Assembly (NCBI GenBank): GCA_027604505.1
Contig: JADIIX010000046.1
Span: 1 to 64,000 of the forward strand
Direction: 5' to 3'
DNA length: 64,000 nt
Source: Gonapodya sp. JEL0774
Lineage: Eukaryota
Of the stretch, positions 63,550 to 64,000 are shown one piece after another (positions within the stretch are counted from its first letter, which is position 1; every line of letters begins with the position of its first letter). The position numbers were made by a program, and so were the translations under genes. The notes below the pieces were generated by a model. That model made no database searches. It saw only the letters and a program-made list of their open reading frames with translations, and was not told the DNA's origin.

Positions 63550-64000
63550 TCATTTGAGAGAGAATCTCGGCAACAGCCCAGAGTTGTTGCCGAGCTTCTC
63601 ACATGTTTCCAGTAAAGCTTGAATTGGGTCCAAAGTTGGATCCTCGATGACACATGTGCCAAGACACGTCTCATTGTCATTCTGTTGGTGAACCCAACCG
63701 CTGCCAGTCGACGAGGCGGGTTCTGCATGCCCCAGACATTCCTGGAGCAACTGAGAGGGAGCAGATTCTCCACCACGAGATGTTGGTGAAGAAATAATGC
63801 TGCTGTCTTGTGTTATTCTGGTGTAACACATCTGGGTAGCGAGAATATCACACTTGGCGAGTGCCAACTGTTGAGCAACTGTCCCGATTTTACGCAGAAG
63901 CCTTTCTTGCGCATCAATGAGATACTTGACCTCTTTTGCAGCCTGCTTTTTCAGGGCTGAGGTGAGCGGGCGGTGTGACCATGAGGCTGCTCTGGTTGTC
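63550..64000 (-). CDS. 3' end of a hypothetical protein running off the window edge
   Basis: Open frame from the window end (...LKKQAAKEVKYLIDAQERLLRKIGTVAQQLALAK...) to the stop at 63550. Confidence 0.35.
   Translation of the reverse strand, partial: TTRAASWSHRPLTSALKKQAAKEVKYLIDAQERLLRKIGTVAQQLALAKCDILATQMCYTRITQDSSIISSPTSRGGESAPSQLLQECLGHAEPASSTGSGWVHQQNDNETCLGTCVIEDPTLDPIQALLETCEKLGNNSGLLPRFSLK

Overview
Eukaryotic, intron-rich (mostly short GT-AG introns), gene-dense fungal DNA. The gene content (copine, class II DAHP synthase, ankyrin/coiled-coil/SH3 proteins, intron-dense housekeeping genes) suggests an early-diverging zoosporic fungus; this is inference. About 24 protein-coding loci or relics are supported: a very large disordered protein, thioredoxin reductase, a cyclin, an NTF2/SnoaL-like protein, SND2/TMEM208, a TSTD2/TrhO-like rhodanese, a YAR1-like ankyrin protein, an F-box protein, PHO88/SND3, class II DAHP synthase, copine, two ankyrin-like/coiled-coil/SH3 paralogs, a membrane-anchored expansin-like protein, a UsgS-like membrane protein, the Nup98-Nup96 precursor and a Baeyer-Villiger-type flavin monooxygenase. 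Three results stand out. (1) Beside Nup98-96 lies a divergent pair of Nup98-derived genes carrying three extra GLEBS (Rae1/Gle2-binding) motifs and FG repeats. They share intron positions with Nup98 but lack the autoprotease and Nup96 parts, and one ends in an unrecognised globular domain. (2) SND2 and SND3/PHO88, two subunits of one ER-targeting pathway that the ORF track captures only as fragments, lie about 6.6 kb apart. (3) A CpG-depleted relic carries TET/JBP-like 2OG-Fe(II) dioxygenase motifs. No rRNA, tRNA or CRISPR array was recognised. Gene models and splice sites were read by eye and are provisional.
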